Below, in pieces: positions 10,323 to 18,159 of a DNA stretch of 64,000 nt. Both the position numbers and the translations under genes were made by a program. The stretch is from an uncultured Christensenella sp. (GTDB lineage: Bacteria; Bacillota; Clostridia; Christensenellales; UBA3700), in contig CASEHD010000001.1 of NCBI GenBank assembly GCA_949287655.1, forward strand, positions 73,345-137,344. Reading direction: 5' to 3'. The notes under the pieces were generated by a model. That model had not been told where the DNA came from. It saw nothing but the letters and a program-made list of their open reading frames with translations, and searched no databases. Each line of letters starts with the position of its first letter. Within the stretch, counting starts at the first letter, position 1.

Positions 10323-10892
10323 TCAGCCCCTCCTCTTGAGTTCTTCTATCTGTTTTTTATACTCAAGCGCACTGTCGTAATCTTCGTTTGCCGCCGCTTC
10401 TTTCATCCTGCGTTCAAGATCCTCTATGCGCTCTTCGACGCTGAGCTCCTTTTTCGCGGTCTTTGCCGCGGCGGTGGTATCCGATATGCCCTTGTATCTG
10501 CCGGGAGCCCTGCCCTTGTGAGCGCTGCCGCCCATTCTGGATACGAACTCCTTCGCGAGATCCGAAAATACCTTATAACATTCGCTGCACCCGAAAGAAT
10601 AACTCTCTCTTATCTGCCTTTCGGTCATACCGCAGTTGGGGCAGGCGCGCCCCTGTCTGACGCGCGGCATATCCTCTTCGTAAAGAGGCATACCCATTAT
10701 CGAAGAAAACAGATCGTTTACGCCGCCGGAGAAGATGTCCTGCATCATTCCGTTTTCCCTGAGCTGCGCCGCGCATTCCGCGCACAGCTCCTTTTCAACC
10801 GTTTTGCCGTTGTAGCTGTTTTTTATAAACACCGTGGCAGGGCGTTTACCGCACATCTGACACATATGAAGTTTTCCGTTTTCGTTGTTCAT
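10323..10892 (-). CDS. mcsA: McsA (zinc-finger plus UVR-domain activator of McsB)
   Basis: It has repeated CxxC pairs (CQMCGK, CAECA, CPNCG, CSECY) and a C-terminal UVR-like helix (EDYDSALEYKKQIEELK). The RBS is AGGAGG. Confidence 0.85.
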   Translation of the reverse strand: MNNENGKLHMCQMCGKRPATVFIKNSYNGKTVEKELCAECAAQLRENGMMQDIFSGGVNDLFSSIMGMPLYEEDMPRVRQGRACPNCGMTERQIRESYSFGCSECYKVFSDLAKEFVSRMGGSAHKGRAPGRYKGISDTTAAAKTAKKELSVEERIEDLERRMKEAAANEDYDSALEYKKQIEELKRRG

Positions 10893-10897
10893 TTCAG

Positions 10898-11353
10898 TTA
10901 CCTCCTGATAAGCGCGATGAGTATCTCTCTGAATACGTTTTTTCTCAGATTCTCGACCGCCACCGATTGCAGCGCCTTGTCGCTTATCGCGCTTTTGATT
11001 ATGTCCGCTTCCGCGGGCGTTACTATTTCTTGTCTTTCCAGCCTGTCTACCACGTCAGCCGCCTTATTGTAAGTCAGCTCGTTTTCATCGTCCAGTTCCT
11101 TTATCAGCGCCGGGAGCAGATCTTCTTTGTCCTGAGACAGTCTGACCAGCATTATAAACCCGCCGCCGCCCCTTCTCGATTCGATATAATAGCCTCTGTC
11201 CACGCCGAAGCGGGTCGTCAGCACGTAATTAATCTGACTGGGCGATACGTTGAAATAATGTGCCAGCTCGTTTCTGGACAGTTGCACGCTGTCGTCGCCG
11301 TCGTCGAAAAACGACAATATGAACTTTTCTATGCTGTCCGAAATATTAGCCAT
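10898..11353 (-). CDS. ctsR: Class III stress-gene repressor CtsR
   Basis: The N-terminus MANISDSIEKFILSFF... and the HTH region NELAHYFNVSPSQINYVLTTRF are typical of CtsR. It is the first gene of ctsR-mcsA-mcsB-clpC. Confidence 0.9.
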   Translation of the reverse strand: MANISDSIEKFILSFFDDGDDSVQLSRNELAHYFNVSPSQINYVLTTRFGVDRGYYIESRRGGGGFIMLVRLSQDKEDLLPALIKELDDENELTYNKAADVVDRLERQEIVTPAEADIIKSAISDKALQSVAVENLRKNVFREILIALIRR

Positions 11354-11416
11354 TTTCCGCCTCCTTCGGGCTTGCGCCCTTTTGCCGTACCTTGCGTACG
11401 GCCCAGTCTCTGAAAG

Positions 11417-11433
11417 TTTGACTTTCTTTGACC
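11417..11433 (-). promoter_or_regulatory. CtsR operator (tandem heptad repeat)
   Basis: Minus strand GGTCAAAgaaAGTCAAA is an exact fit to the published A/GGTCAAA-NAN-A/GGTCAAA consensus. It lies 10 nt downstream of the -10 box. Confidence 0.8.
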
Positions 11434-11443
11434 TTTCGACTCA

Positions 11444-11471
11444 ATTATATCACGAACTAAGATATTGTCAA
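11444..11471 (-). promoter_or_regulatory. SigA-type promoter of the ctsR operon
   Basis: Minus strand TTGACA, a 16-nt spacer, then TATAAT with an extended TGa. Confidence 0.7.
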
Positions 11472-11756
11472 TAGTTTTTTGCAATTTTTTTGAGAATTTT
11501 TTTGACAACCGGCGATATTGCGCCGCGCCCGGCAGCAGCTTTCTTAATTAATTGTGTTTTATATATTTTACGCGTTAATCATTCTTTCCGAAAGTTTTAA
11601 TATATACTTCCCTTACCTTTCTCTCTTTGACTGCGGCGCTGTAATTTTCCCCGCTAAAAAACTTTTCATGCCCCGGCTTCTCTTTTAAGTCCGATATCCG
11701 TTTGCTCCCGGCCGGTCGCCTTTCCGCCGTCCGGTTATTTTTTTAACGTATCTTCT

Positions 11757-11792
11757 ATAAAAAATAACGGGCGCGCGTTTTTCGCCGCCCGT
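11757..11792 (-). terminator. Rho-independent terminator after galU
   Basis: Minus strand ACGGGCGgcgaaaaacgcgCGCCCGT followed by TATTTTTTAT. Confidence 0.75.
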
Positions 11793-11819
11793 TTTGGCTA
11801 TTTATTGTTTTCAGCCCCG

Positions 11820-12695
11820 TCAAAGCTCTTTCGAAAGGTCTTTGATATATTCCGTAAGACCGTTTTTTAACGTATTGTCTCTCAAAGCGTACTCTATGGT
11901 AGCCTTTATGAATCCCAGCTTGTCGCCGACGTCGTATCTGTTGCCCTCGAACGCGCAAGCGTATACGCCCGTGCTTTTCGCCATCATCTCTATCGCGTCG
12001 GTAAGATATATCTCGCCGTTGGGCGCGGGCTTGCACTTCTTTATCAGGTCGAAGATATCGGCGGTAAGCACGTATCTGCCTATGTTCGCGAGGTTGGACG
12101 GCGCCGTGCCCGGCTGTGGCTTTTCGACGAGTTCGAGAACTTCCGCATACCTGCCTTTTACCCGTCCAGGGCGGACTATGCCGTATTTGCTCGTCTCGCT
12201 GTCCGGCACTTCCTGACAGGCTATGACGGATTTACCCGTCGTCTCGTAAGCGTCTATCAGCTGTTTAAGACAAGGCTTTTCGGGGTTGTAGACGATGTCG
12301 TCGCCGTACATCACCGCGAAAGGCTCGCCCGAAATAAACGCTTCCGCTTCCAGCACCGCGCTGCCGCTGCCGTTCATCTCCTTCTGTCTTACGTAGTGGA
12401 TATGCGCCATATCGGTGATATCGCGCACGATCTTAAGGTACGCGTCCTTATGCTCTCTTTCGAGGATCTGTTCCAGTTCTACCGCCTTGTCAAAATGGTC
12501 CTCAATGCACTTTTTATTTTTTCCTATTATTATCAAAATCTCGGTAATGCCGCTCTTTACCGCTTCTTCGACGACGTATTGCAAAGTCGGAGTATCGACT
12601 ATCGGGAGCATCTCTTTGGGTATAGCCTTGGTCGCGGGAAGAAACCTCGTACCGAAACCCGCGGCGGGTATTACCGCTTTTCTTATCTTGTTCAT
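11820..12695 (-). CDS. galU: UTP--glucose-1-phosphate uridylyltransferase GalU
   Basis: The N-terminus is KAVIPAAGFGTRFLPATKAIPKEMLPIVD, and the later motifs VEKP and GRYV are present. Confidence 0.95.
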   Translation of the reverse strand: MNKIRKAVIPAAGFGTRFLPATKAIPKEMLPIVDTPTLQYVVEEAVKSGITEILIIIGKNKKCIEDHFDKAVELEQILEREHKDAYLKIVRDITDMAHIHYVRQKEMNGSGSAVLEAEAFISGEPFAVMYGDDIVYNPEKPCLKQLIDAYETTGKSVIACQEVPDSETSKYGIVRPGRVKGRYAEVLELVEKPQPGTAPSNLANIGRYVLTADIFDLIKKCKPAPNGEIYLTDAIEMMAKSTGVYACAFEGNRYDVGDKLGFIKATIEYALRDNTLKNGLTEYIKDLSKEL

Positions 12696-12830
12696 ATTCC
12701 CATCCTTTTAAAATAATTTGCGCGACGAACGTCGCCCTCTGATATTCAATATACTATATTCTGTGCGTTTTGTAAACAGTTAGTCCGATTTTTGTGTCTG
12801 CGTATGCCCCCGCGCGTAATAAACGGCGTC

Positions 12831-12854
12831 AAAAAAAGACGGCTTGACGCCGCC
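12831..12854 (-). terminator. Rho-independent terminator after the bioY-bioB fusion gene
   Basis: Minus strand GGCGGCgtcaaGCCGTC followed by TTTTTTT. Confidence 0.7.
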
Positions 12855-12874
12855 TTTTGTCTTAAACCCGCTTT

Positions 12875-14443
12875 TCAGTCGTCGTTCCGTTCTCTCCGAC
12901 AGTCGACCTCTTTCAGTGCAAATCCAAGCCTTTTCAACATCTCTCTGTCGTCAGAAACCGCCACCCCTTTCACGGTCAGAAAGTCGCCCGTTATCGCCGC
13001 GTTCGCACCGCCCTTAAACAGCTTTTCTCCGTTGTCCGGAAGCTCGCGCCTGCCCGCCGCAGGTCTTATATAAACGTCGGGCAGAATAAATCTGAATATC
13101 GCGACGGTACGCCTTATCTCGTCGTAAGACAGCGGTTTCGCGTTTTCGAGCGGCGTGCCTTTCCCCGGCATAAGCACGTTTACCGGCACGGAAAACACCC
13201 CTTCTTCTCTTAATTCCAGCGCAAGCCTTATCCTGTCGTTCATACTCTCGCCCGCGCCTATTATACCGCCGCTGCAGACCTTTAATCCCGCCGCTTTCGC
13301 GGCGCGCACCGTCTCAAGTTTTTGCGTGTGGGTGTGCGTTGTGCACAGTTTCGGGAAGTATTCGGCGCACGCTTCCAGGTTGTTGTGAAGGCGCGTCACG
13401 CCGCACTCTTTCAGCTTTTCTATTCTCTCTTTCGTCAGCAACCCGTGAGATACGCACCTTTCGACCGCTCCGTCTCTGTGCGCGGAATAATAATCCGAAA
13501 GGATCTGCATATCTTTCTCCGGAAGGACCTTTCCCGCAGTCACCGAGCCAAGCGCGTTCAGCCCCTCTTTTTCAGCCGCACGATATGCGCCGTCGTACTC
13601 TTCTTTGCTTATCAACGCGCCCTTGTCTTTGCAACCGTAACAAGCCGCCTGCGCGCAGAATTTGCAGTCCTCGCCGCACCCGCCGTTTTTTGCGTTGATT
13701 ATCGAGCAAAGGTCGAAAGAGTCTTTCATAAACCTTCTTCTTATATCGTCCGCCGCCTGACACAGCGCGCCGAGCGGTGCGTATTTCAGCCGCCTCACCT
13801 CTTTTTCCGTCAGCCTGCCGCCGTTTAATACTTTGCATTTGCTTGCGTAAAGATCGCTTATCCTCAACATCTTTGCGGGGTCGTTTTTATAAAGTACGGG
13901 TAATATCCTCTTCGCGACGACCGCAGAAACGATACACCATATAATATCCATCGGCAAAAATATCAGACACAGATTGACCAGTACGTAACCCGCGTCCTGC
14001 GGCTTGCCGAAGTAGAATTTCATCAAAAGGGAAAAATATATCATGCCCAAAGCATAAACGACGATAAGATTGACGACCCCCGCCGCGATCAGACGAGGAT
14101 AAGAATATCTGCCCTTTGAGCATATCAAAGCGGCTATAACGGCGCCCGCCGCAAATCCTATAAGGTAACCGAACGTGGGCTGTAACACATAACCTATGCC
14201 TCCGCCGCCCGTGAATATCGGCACTCCGGCAAGCCCGAGCACGAGATAGAGCGCGAGCGCAAGCGAGCCGTATTTCACGCCAAGGAGTATACCGGCAAGA
14301 TTGGCAAACAAAAACTGCATCGTGAACGGCACCGTCATTATCGGTATCTTTATAAACGCGCCGACCGCGATCAGCGCGGTAAACATCGCCGTAAGCGTTA
14401 GCTTTTTTATTCTATCTTTCGATCTTAAACGCGATACTTTCAT
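12875..14443 (-). CDS. BioY (biotin ECF S-component) fused to biotin synthase BioB (522 aa)
   Basis: Residues 1 to about 195 form a BioY-type 6-TM domain (FTMQFLFANLAGILLGVKYG...GGGGIGYVLQPTFGYLIGF). Residues from about 200 to 522 are radical-SAM BioB (CGEDCKFCAQ, CSGGIIG, GANAAITGDFLTVKG). The two halves are one continuous frame. The ATG at 14441-14443 follows GGAG. Confidence 0.85.
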   Translation of the reverse strand: MKVSRLRSKDRIKKLTLTAMFTALIAVGAFIKIPIMTVPFTMQFLFANLAGILLGVKYGSLALALYLVLGLAGVPIFTGGGGIGYVLQPTFGYLIGFAAGAVIAALICSKGRYSYPRLIAAGVVNLIVVYALGMIYFSLLMKFYFGKPQDAGYVLVNLCLIFLPMDIIWCIVSAVVAKRILPVLYKNDPAKMLRISDLYASKCKVLNGGRLTEKEVRRLKYAPLGALCQAADDIRRRFMKDSFDLCSIINAKNGGCGEDCKFCAQAACYGCKDKGALISKEEYDGAYRAAEKEGLNALGSVTAGKVLPEKDMQILSDYYSAHRDGAVERCVSHGLLTKERIEKLKECGVTRLHNNLEACAEYFPKLCTTHTHTQKLETVRAAKAAGLKVCSGGIIGAGESMNDRIRLALELREEGVFSVPVNVLMPGKGTPLENAKPLSYDEIRRTVAIFRFILPDVYIRPAAGRRELPDNGEKLFKGGANAAITGDFLTVKGVAVSDDREMLKRLGFALKEVDCRRERNDD

Positions 14444-14461
14444 AGCTTTTCTCCGCAAAGT

Positions 14462-14515
14462 ATCATAGCACAGTTAAAACATATTGTAAACTTATTTAAG
14501 CAACTTGGTTTACAA
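14462..14515 (-). promoter_or_regulatory. Promoter with a BirA-type operator (bioO) upstream of bioY-bioB
   Basis: There is an inverted repeat TTGTAAAC-N16-GTTTACAA at 14484-14491 and 14508-14515. On the minus strand, the -35 TTTACA (14485-14490) lies inside one half-site, followed by a 17-nt spacer and the -10 TATGAT (14462-14467) with an upstream TGc. Confidence 0.6.
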
Positions 14516-14799
14516 TTTTCGTTAAGCTGACGTTAAAACTCTTTGGTCGGATTAAAAAAATACCGGGAAAATTATTAAAAAATTAAATATCCTTATTAAA
14601 TTGATCCGTCATAACCGCCCGGGGATCTTACGCTCCGCATATTATCTGACGCACCCGCACTCCCTAAGCTTTATGATATTCCCGGCAGATAAACTATTCA
14701 TCGGTTTTGCAAACTATTTTCAAAGTCCGCTGCCTTTACGCGCGCTTTTTTAACATCGTTCGACCGGGATTAGCGGCGCGTTTTGAACGGGCTTCAGGC

Positions 14800-16026
14800 T
14801 TATTTCTTGAACGGCCGGAATTCAGTCTCTTCCAAGCCGTCGCATATCACCGCGTTCTTGAGTACGGAAGCGGAAAGTATCGAATTGTAGCCGTATTTCG
14901 AGCGTATCTTGTCGAGCGCGGTACCCAGAGAATGTCCCTCTTCTTCCTCATTGTCGAAAAGGCTGAGCTGGCGTTCGTTCGCGTCCGTCGAAAGGTCGAA
15001 AACGCATACGGACACCGCTCTTACCGGCGCGTCTTTGCCGTAAACGTATATCCTGTCGATAAGGTTCAACGCCGCGTCGCTTATCGCCGGCGCGCTGTCC
15101 GTCGGGATCATCGCGCTCTGCTTGCCGGTATGCGAAAGGTCTTTAAAACGTAAGCCTACGGCGATCCCCTTGCCGAAAAACCCGTGCTTTCTCATTCTGG
15201 TCGCAACCATTTCGCTTAGCGCGGTGACTACGGCGGTCACCTGCTCTTTCGTCGTTACGTCGACGGGTAGAGTCGTCGAATTGCCGACGCTCTTCGGCAC
15301 GTACTTTTCATAGCTGTAACGCACTTCTTCGTCCTCTATGCCGTTGGCGCAGTCGTGCAGTTTAACGCCGTTTATACCGAGGAGCCTTTTCAGCACCTCA
15401 ACGTCGGTATTCGCAAGGTCTCCTATCGTCATTATGCCTATCTTGCGCAGCTTTTCAGCCGTCCTGCGCCCGATCATCAGAAGGTCGCCGCAGTCGAGTT
15501 TCCATACCGTATCCTTATAATTTTCAGGAGTTATGACCGTTGTCGCGTCCGGCTTTTTCATATCGCTCCCCAGCTTCGCGAACACCTTGGTAAACGAAAC
15601 GCCGACCGATATCGTGATCCCGATCTCCTTCTTTATTCTCTCCCTGAGTGTTTCCGCGATGGCGAAGCCGTCCCCGAAAAGCCGCTTCGACCCGGTGACG
15701 TCCAGCCAACATTCGTCGATACCGAACGGCTGAACGCGGTCGGTATATTGAGAATATATATCGAAAATGCGGTTGCTGAATTCTACGTACGTATCAAAAT
15801 GCGGCGGCACGCACACGAGGTCGGGGCACTTCTGCTTTGCCTGCCAGATCGTCTCCCCCGTCTTTACTCCCATATTTTTCGCCGCCTGATTTTTAGCGAG
15901 TATTATCCCGTGCCGCTTTTCGGGATTTCCCGAAACGGCTACGAACTTATCCTTCAATGCCGGATTGAGAAAGCACTCTACCGAAGCGTAAAAGTTGTTG
16001 GCGTCGCAATGCAGTATCGTTTTCAT
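14800..16026 (-). CDS. dinB: Y-family translesion DNA polymerase (DinB/PolY-type)
   Basis: The N-terminus is ILHCDANNFYASVE. The catalytic GIDECWLDVT and SVGVSFTKVFAKLGSDMKKPD motifs are present. Confidence 0.9.
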   Translation of the reverse strand: MKTILHCDANNFYASVECFLNPALKDKFVAVSGNPEKRHGIILAKNQAAKNMGVKTGETIWQAKQKCPDLVCVPPHFDTYVEFSNRIFDIYSQYTDRVQPFGIDECWLDVTGSKRLFGDGFAIAETLRERIKKEIGITISVGVSFTKVFAKLGSDMKKPDATTVITPENYKDTVWKLDCGDLLMIGRRTAEKLRKIGIMTIGDLANTDVEVLKRLLGINGVKLHDCANGIEDEEVRYSYEKYVPKSVGNSTTLPVDVTTKEQVTAVVTALSEMVATRMRKHGFFGKGIAVGLRFKDLSHTGKQSAMIPTDSAPAISDAALNLIDRIYVYGKDAPVRAVSVCVFDLSTDANERQLSLFDNEEEEGHSLGTALDKIRSKYGYNSILSASVLKNAVICDGLEETEFRPFKK

Positions 16027-16032
16027 ATCTAT

Positions 16033-16072
16033 ATAATACTACATATATTTAAAAAATGCAAACACATGTTCG
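16033..16072 (-). promoter_or_regulatory. dinB promoter with an overlapping LexA (Cheo) box
   Basis: Minus strand CGAACATGTGTTTG (16059-16072) has one mismatch to CGAAC-N4-GTTCG. It overlaps the -35 TTGCAT (16056-16061), which is followed by a 17-nt spacer and the -10 TATTAT (16033-16038). Only 6 nt separate the -10 from the ATG. Confidence 0.5.
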
Positions 16073-16130
16073 TATTTTAGATAAAGTTTGCCCTCAAGCG
16101 ACGCTTAATCCGCTTAAAAATGTAAAATCG

Positions 16131-16907
16131 TCAAGATCTTCCCGACATTAATATTTCGTCTCTTATCGCGCTGCCTGCCGTAGCTATCACAACGTTTTCA
16201 TCAAAAGAATATTCGCCGTTGAGAGAAGCAAGGACGGCTCCCGCTTCTTTGCATATAACTATGCCGGGCGTTATGTCCCATTTGTTTTTTGTGAATATGA
16301 CGAGACCCGACGTTCTCCCTGCCGCCAGGAACGCAAAATCTATGCTGGCGGCTCCGAACATCCTTATCTTTGAAACCTTGTTTCTCAGGACGTCTATCAT
16401 TTTATGCTGTACGTCTGATTCGCTTTTTCTGGAATGAGGATAATCTCCGAAACTAAGCACTGAATGAGATGCGTCTTTTTCTTTGACATATATTCTCTCT
16501 CCGTTCAGATACGCGCCGTGTCCTTTCACCGCGGTATACAACTCTTTAAGTTCGGGCAGATATATACAGCCGAGCACGGGTTCGCCTGCAACGATAAGCG
16601 AACATTGAACGCCGAAAAAAGGCATTCCCGACGCCATGTTTACAGTTCCGTCTATCGGATCTATCGTCCACGTACGTTGTCTGACCACGGTATCAGAGTT
16701 GAATTCCTCGCCGAGTATGATATCTGAAGGATACTTTTGCCCAATGGAGTCCATGATATATTTTTCGATGGAAAAATCTAATTCCGTAACAAGATCGAAT
16801 TCTGATTTATCCTGTGCCGTTATTTGCAATATATCTTTTAAACATTTTTTATACCCGTCGACCATCGCGCCGGAAATAAATTCCAGCTCTTCTTCATAAT
16901 CAAACAT
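16131..16907 (-). CDS. Inositol-monophosphatase-superfamily phosphatase (IMPase/CysQ/SuhB-like), catalytic motifs intact
   Basis: The motifs LGEE, WTIDPIDGTVN and WDITPG are all present. The RBS GGAGG lies inside the upstream gene, and the start overlaps the upstream stop by 8 nt (ATGTTTGA). Confidence 0.9.
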   Translation of the reverse strand: MFDYEEELEFISGAMVDGYKKCLKDILQITAQDKSEFDLVTELDFSIEKYIMDSIGQKYPSDIILGEEFNSDTVVRQRTWTIDPIDGTVNMASGMPFFGVQCSLIVAGEPVLGCIYLPELKELYTAVKGHGAYLNGERIYVKEKDASHSVLSFGDYPHSRKSESDVQHKMIDVLRNKVSKIRMFGAASIDFAFLAAGRTSGLVIFTKNKWDITPGIVICKEAGAVLASLNGEYSFDENVVIATAGSAIRDEILMSGRS

Positions 16908-17952
16908 GCTCTTTTGCCTCCGCTCTCATTTTCTTATATTGGTTATAGTAAAAATCAAATATCTGATTATCGCACTGTTTCTTTATGTAAAAACACGGAT
17001 TGCTTCCTCCCGGCACGTCGTTGGCATAATACTGCAACAACATGTGCGTTTCGTCGATGATTATGAGATTCATCCTGGGAACACAGTCGTAGGTATAGAT
17101 TTTCAAATTTTCAAACGTTTTGCCTGCTTTGTCTCCTTTTTTTAATCTGAGAGCAAAACTCAGCGTCGCGTTGGTATTGTTTCTTATAGTGTTTCTCGCC
17201 TGACCTTCTTCCTTTTCTCTGAATCTGGTAAATTTGCCGTTGGGCTTTAAAAACATAAGTTCGATATGCGTACCGTTATTCAGAGCTTCTCTTAAAACGG
17301 ATTCATCCATTTTCAAAGTCATTTCGTTGTTTGAAATGCCCAGGCATTCCACCTTTTTTGCGACAAGCACCATCTTTCTCAGATCCCAGTTTTTATTCAT
17401 CGCAGAACGCCTGACGTAGACGGTTTTAAGTTCGGAAGAAACGTCGTTTATGACAAGATCTGACGGAACGTCGCTCTTTTTGTTCCCTCCGTTTCCGACA
17501 TTTTCATAGCCTACTACCCAACGGTATACGTCCTCAAAAGACTCTTCTGAGTTTTCTTTTTCCAGAATATGAGCAACACCCTGAAACGCGACATGCAGGT
17601 CGTTGGCGGCTTCGAGAGTCATTCCGCCGAACGCGTACACCCTTGCGTCTCCTCTTCTCCTTTTACCTTCGTAAATGCAGTTCCAGAACGTAGTAGTTTC
17701 CTGATAAACGCCATTACAATCTATACTTCCGTCAGGTTTTCTTGCTATCGTATCGTTGCATACCAGCAAGAATTTTTTCGAATTCTTTACAGCTATCGGA
17801 GTATTGGCGAAATATTCGTTGGGCTCGTTGGGAAAGAAATAGCATTTTACTCCCTTTGATTCAAGATAATAAAATAAATCTCTTGCCTTTTGCAGAGAGC
17901 CTCTTCCGTCATAAGTTCCGTGATAAGCGATAAATATATCCTGAATTTCCAT
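16900..17952 (-). CDS. TIR-like domain protein with a DUF5919-like C-terminal module (350 aa)
   Basis: The N-terminus is DIFIAYHGTYDGRGSLQKARDLFYYLESKGVKCYFFP...KKFLLVCND...GVYQETTTFW. This shows a TIR-type strand-helix pattern with a candidate catalytic Glu. The C-terminal roughly 175 aa (KVECLGISNN...IELMFLKPNG...FREKEEGQ...LKIYTYDCVPRMNLIIIDETHMLLQYY...GGSNPCFYIKK) match, from memory, the module found on actinobacterial XRE regulators. The RBS is AGAGGGGTGG. The domain assignments have not been tested with HMMs. Confidence 0.6.
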   Translation of the reverse strand: MEIQDIFIAYHGTYDGRGSLQKARDLFYYLESKGVKCYFFPNEPNEYFANTPIAVKNSKKFLLVCNDTIARKPDGSIDCNGVYQETTTFWNCIYEGKRRRGDARVYAFGGMTLEAANDLHVAFQGVAHILEKENSEESFEDVYRWVVGYENVGNGGNKKSDVPSDLVINDVSSELKTVYVRRSAMNKNWDLRKMVLVAKKVECLGISNNEMTLKMDESVLREALNNGTHIELMFLKPNGKFTRFREKEEGQARNTIRNNTNATLSFALRLKKGDKAGKTFENLKIYTYDCVPRMNLIIIDETHMLLQYYANDVPGGSNPCFYIKKQCDNQIFDFYYNQYKKMRAEAKEHV

Positions 17953-18006
17953 AATTTTCCACCCCTCTGTCTTCTGCCTAAGCGTTTAGAGACGATTTAT
18001 AAAATA

Positions 18007-18035
18007 ATAATATCATATAACGCGGTTTATATCAA
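18007..18035 (-). promoter_or_regulatory. SigA-type promoter of the TIR-IMPase pair
   Basis: Minus strand TTGATA, a 17-nt spacer, then TATTAT with an extended TGa. It lies between the ppdK terminator and the TIR gene. Confidence 0.5.
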
Positions 18036-18103
18036 CCGATAATGCAGAAAGAGTGTCTCTGCATGCTTTAAAACGGTCGTTACCGATATCCTTATGCTTA
18101 ACG

Positions 18104-18138
18104 CAAAAAAAAGACCGCTGCCCTTTCGGATAGCGGTC
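18104..18138 (-). terminator. Rho-independent terminator after ppdK
   Basis: Minus strand GACCGCTatccgaaagggcAGCGGTC followed by TTTTTTTT. Confidence 0.85.
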
Positions 18139-18159
18139 GAATTTTTTATTCAGATTGTA

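Noticed and set aside
11520-11760. A 240-nt AT-rich non-coding stretch between the ctsR promoter and the galU terminator. It includes a plus-strand hairpin plus T-run near 11709-11745.
   Set aside because: No plus-strand promoter or ORF feeds into it. The stem is interrupted, with only 4 clean base pairs. It is most simply a spacer or a bidirectional terminator region. Calling an sRNA would need expression data.
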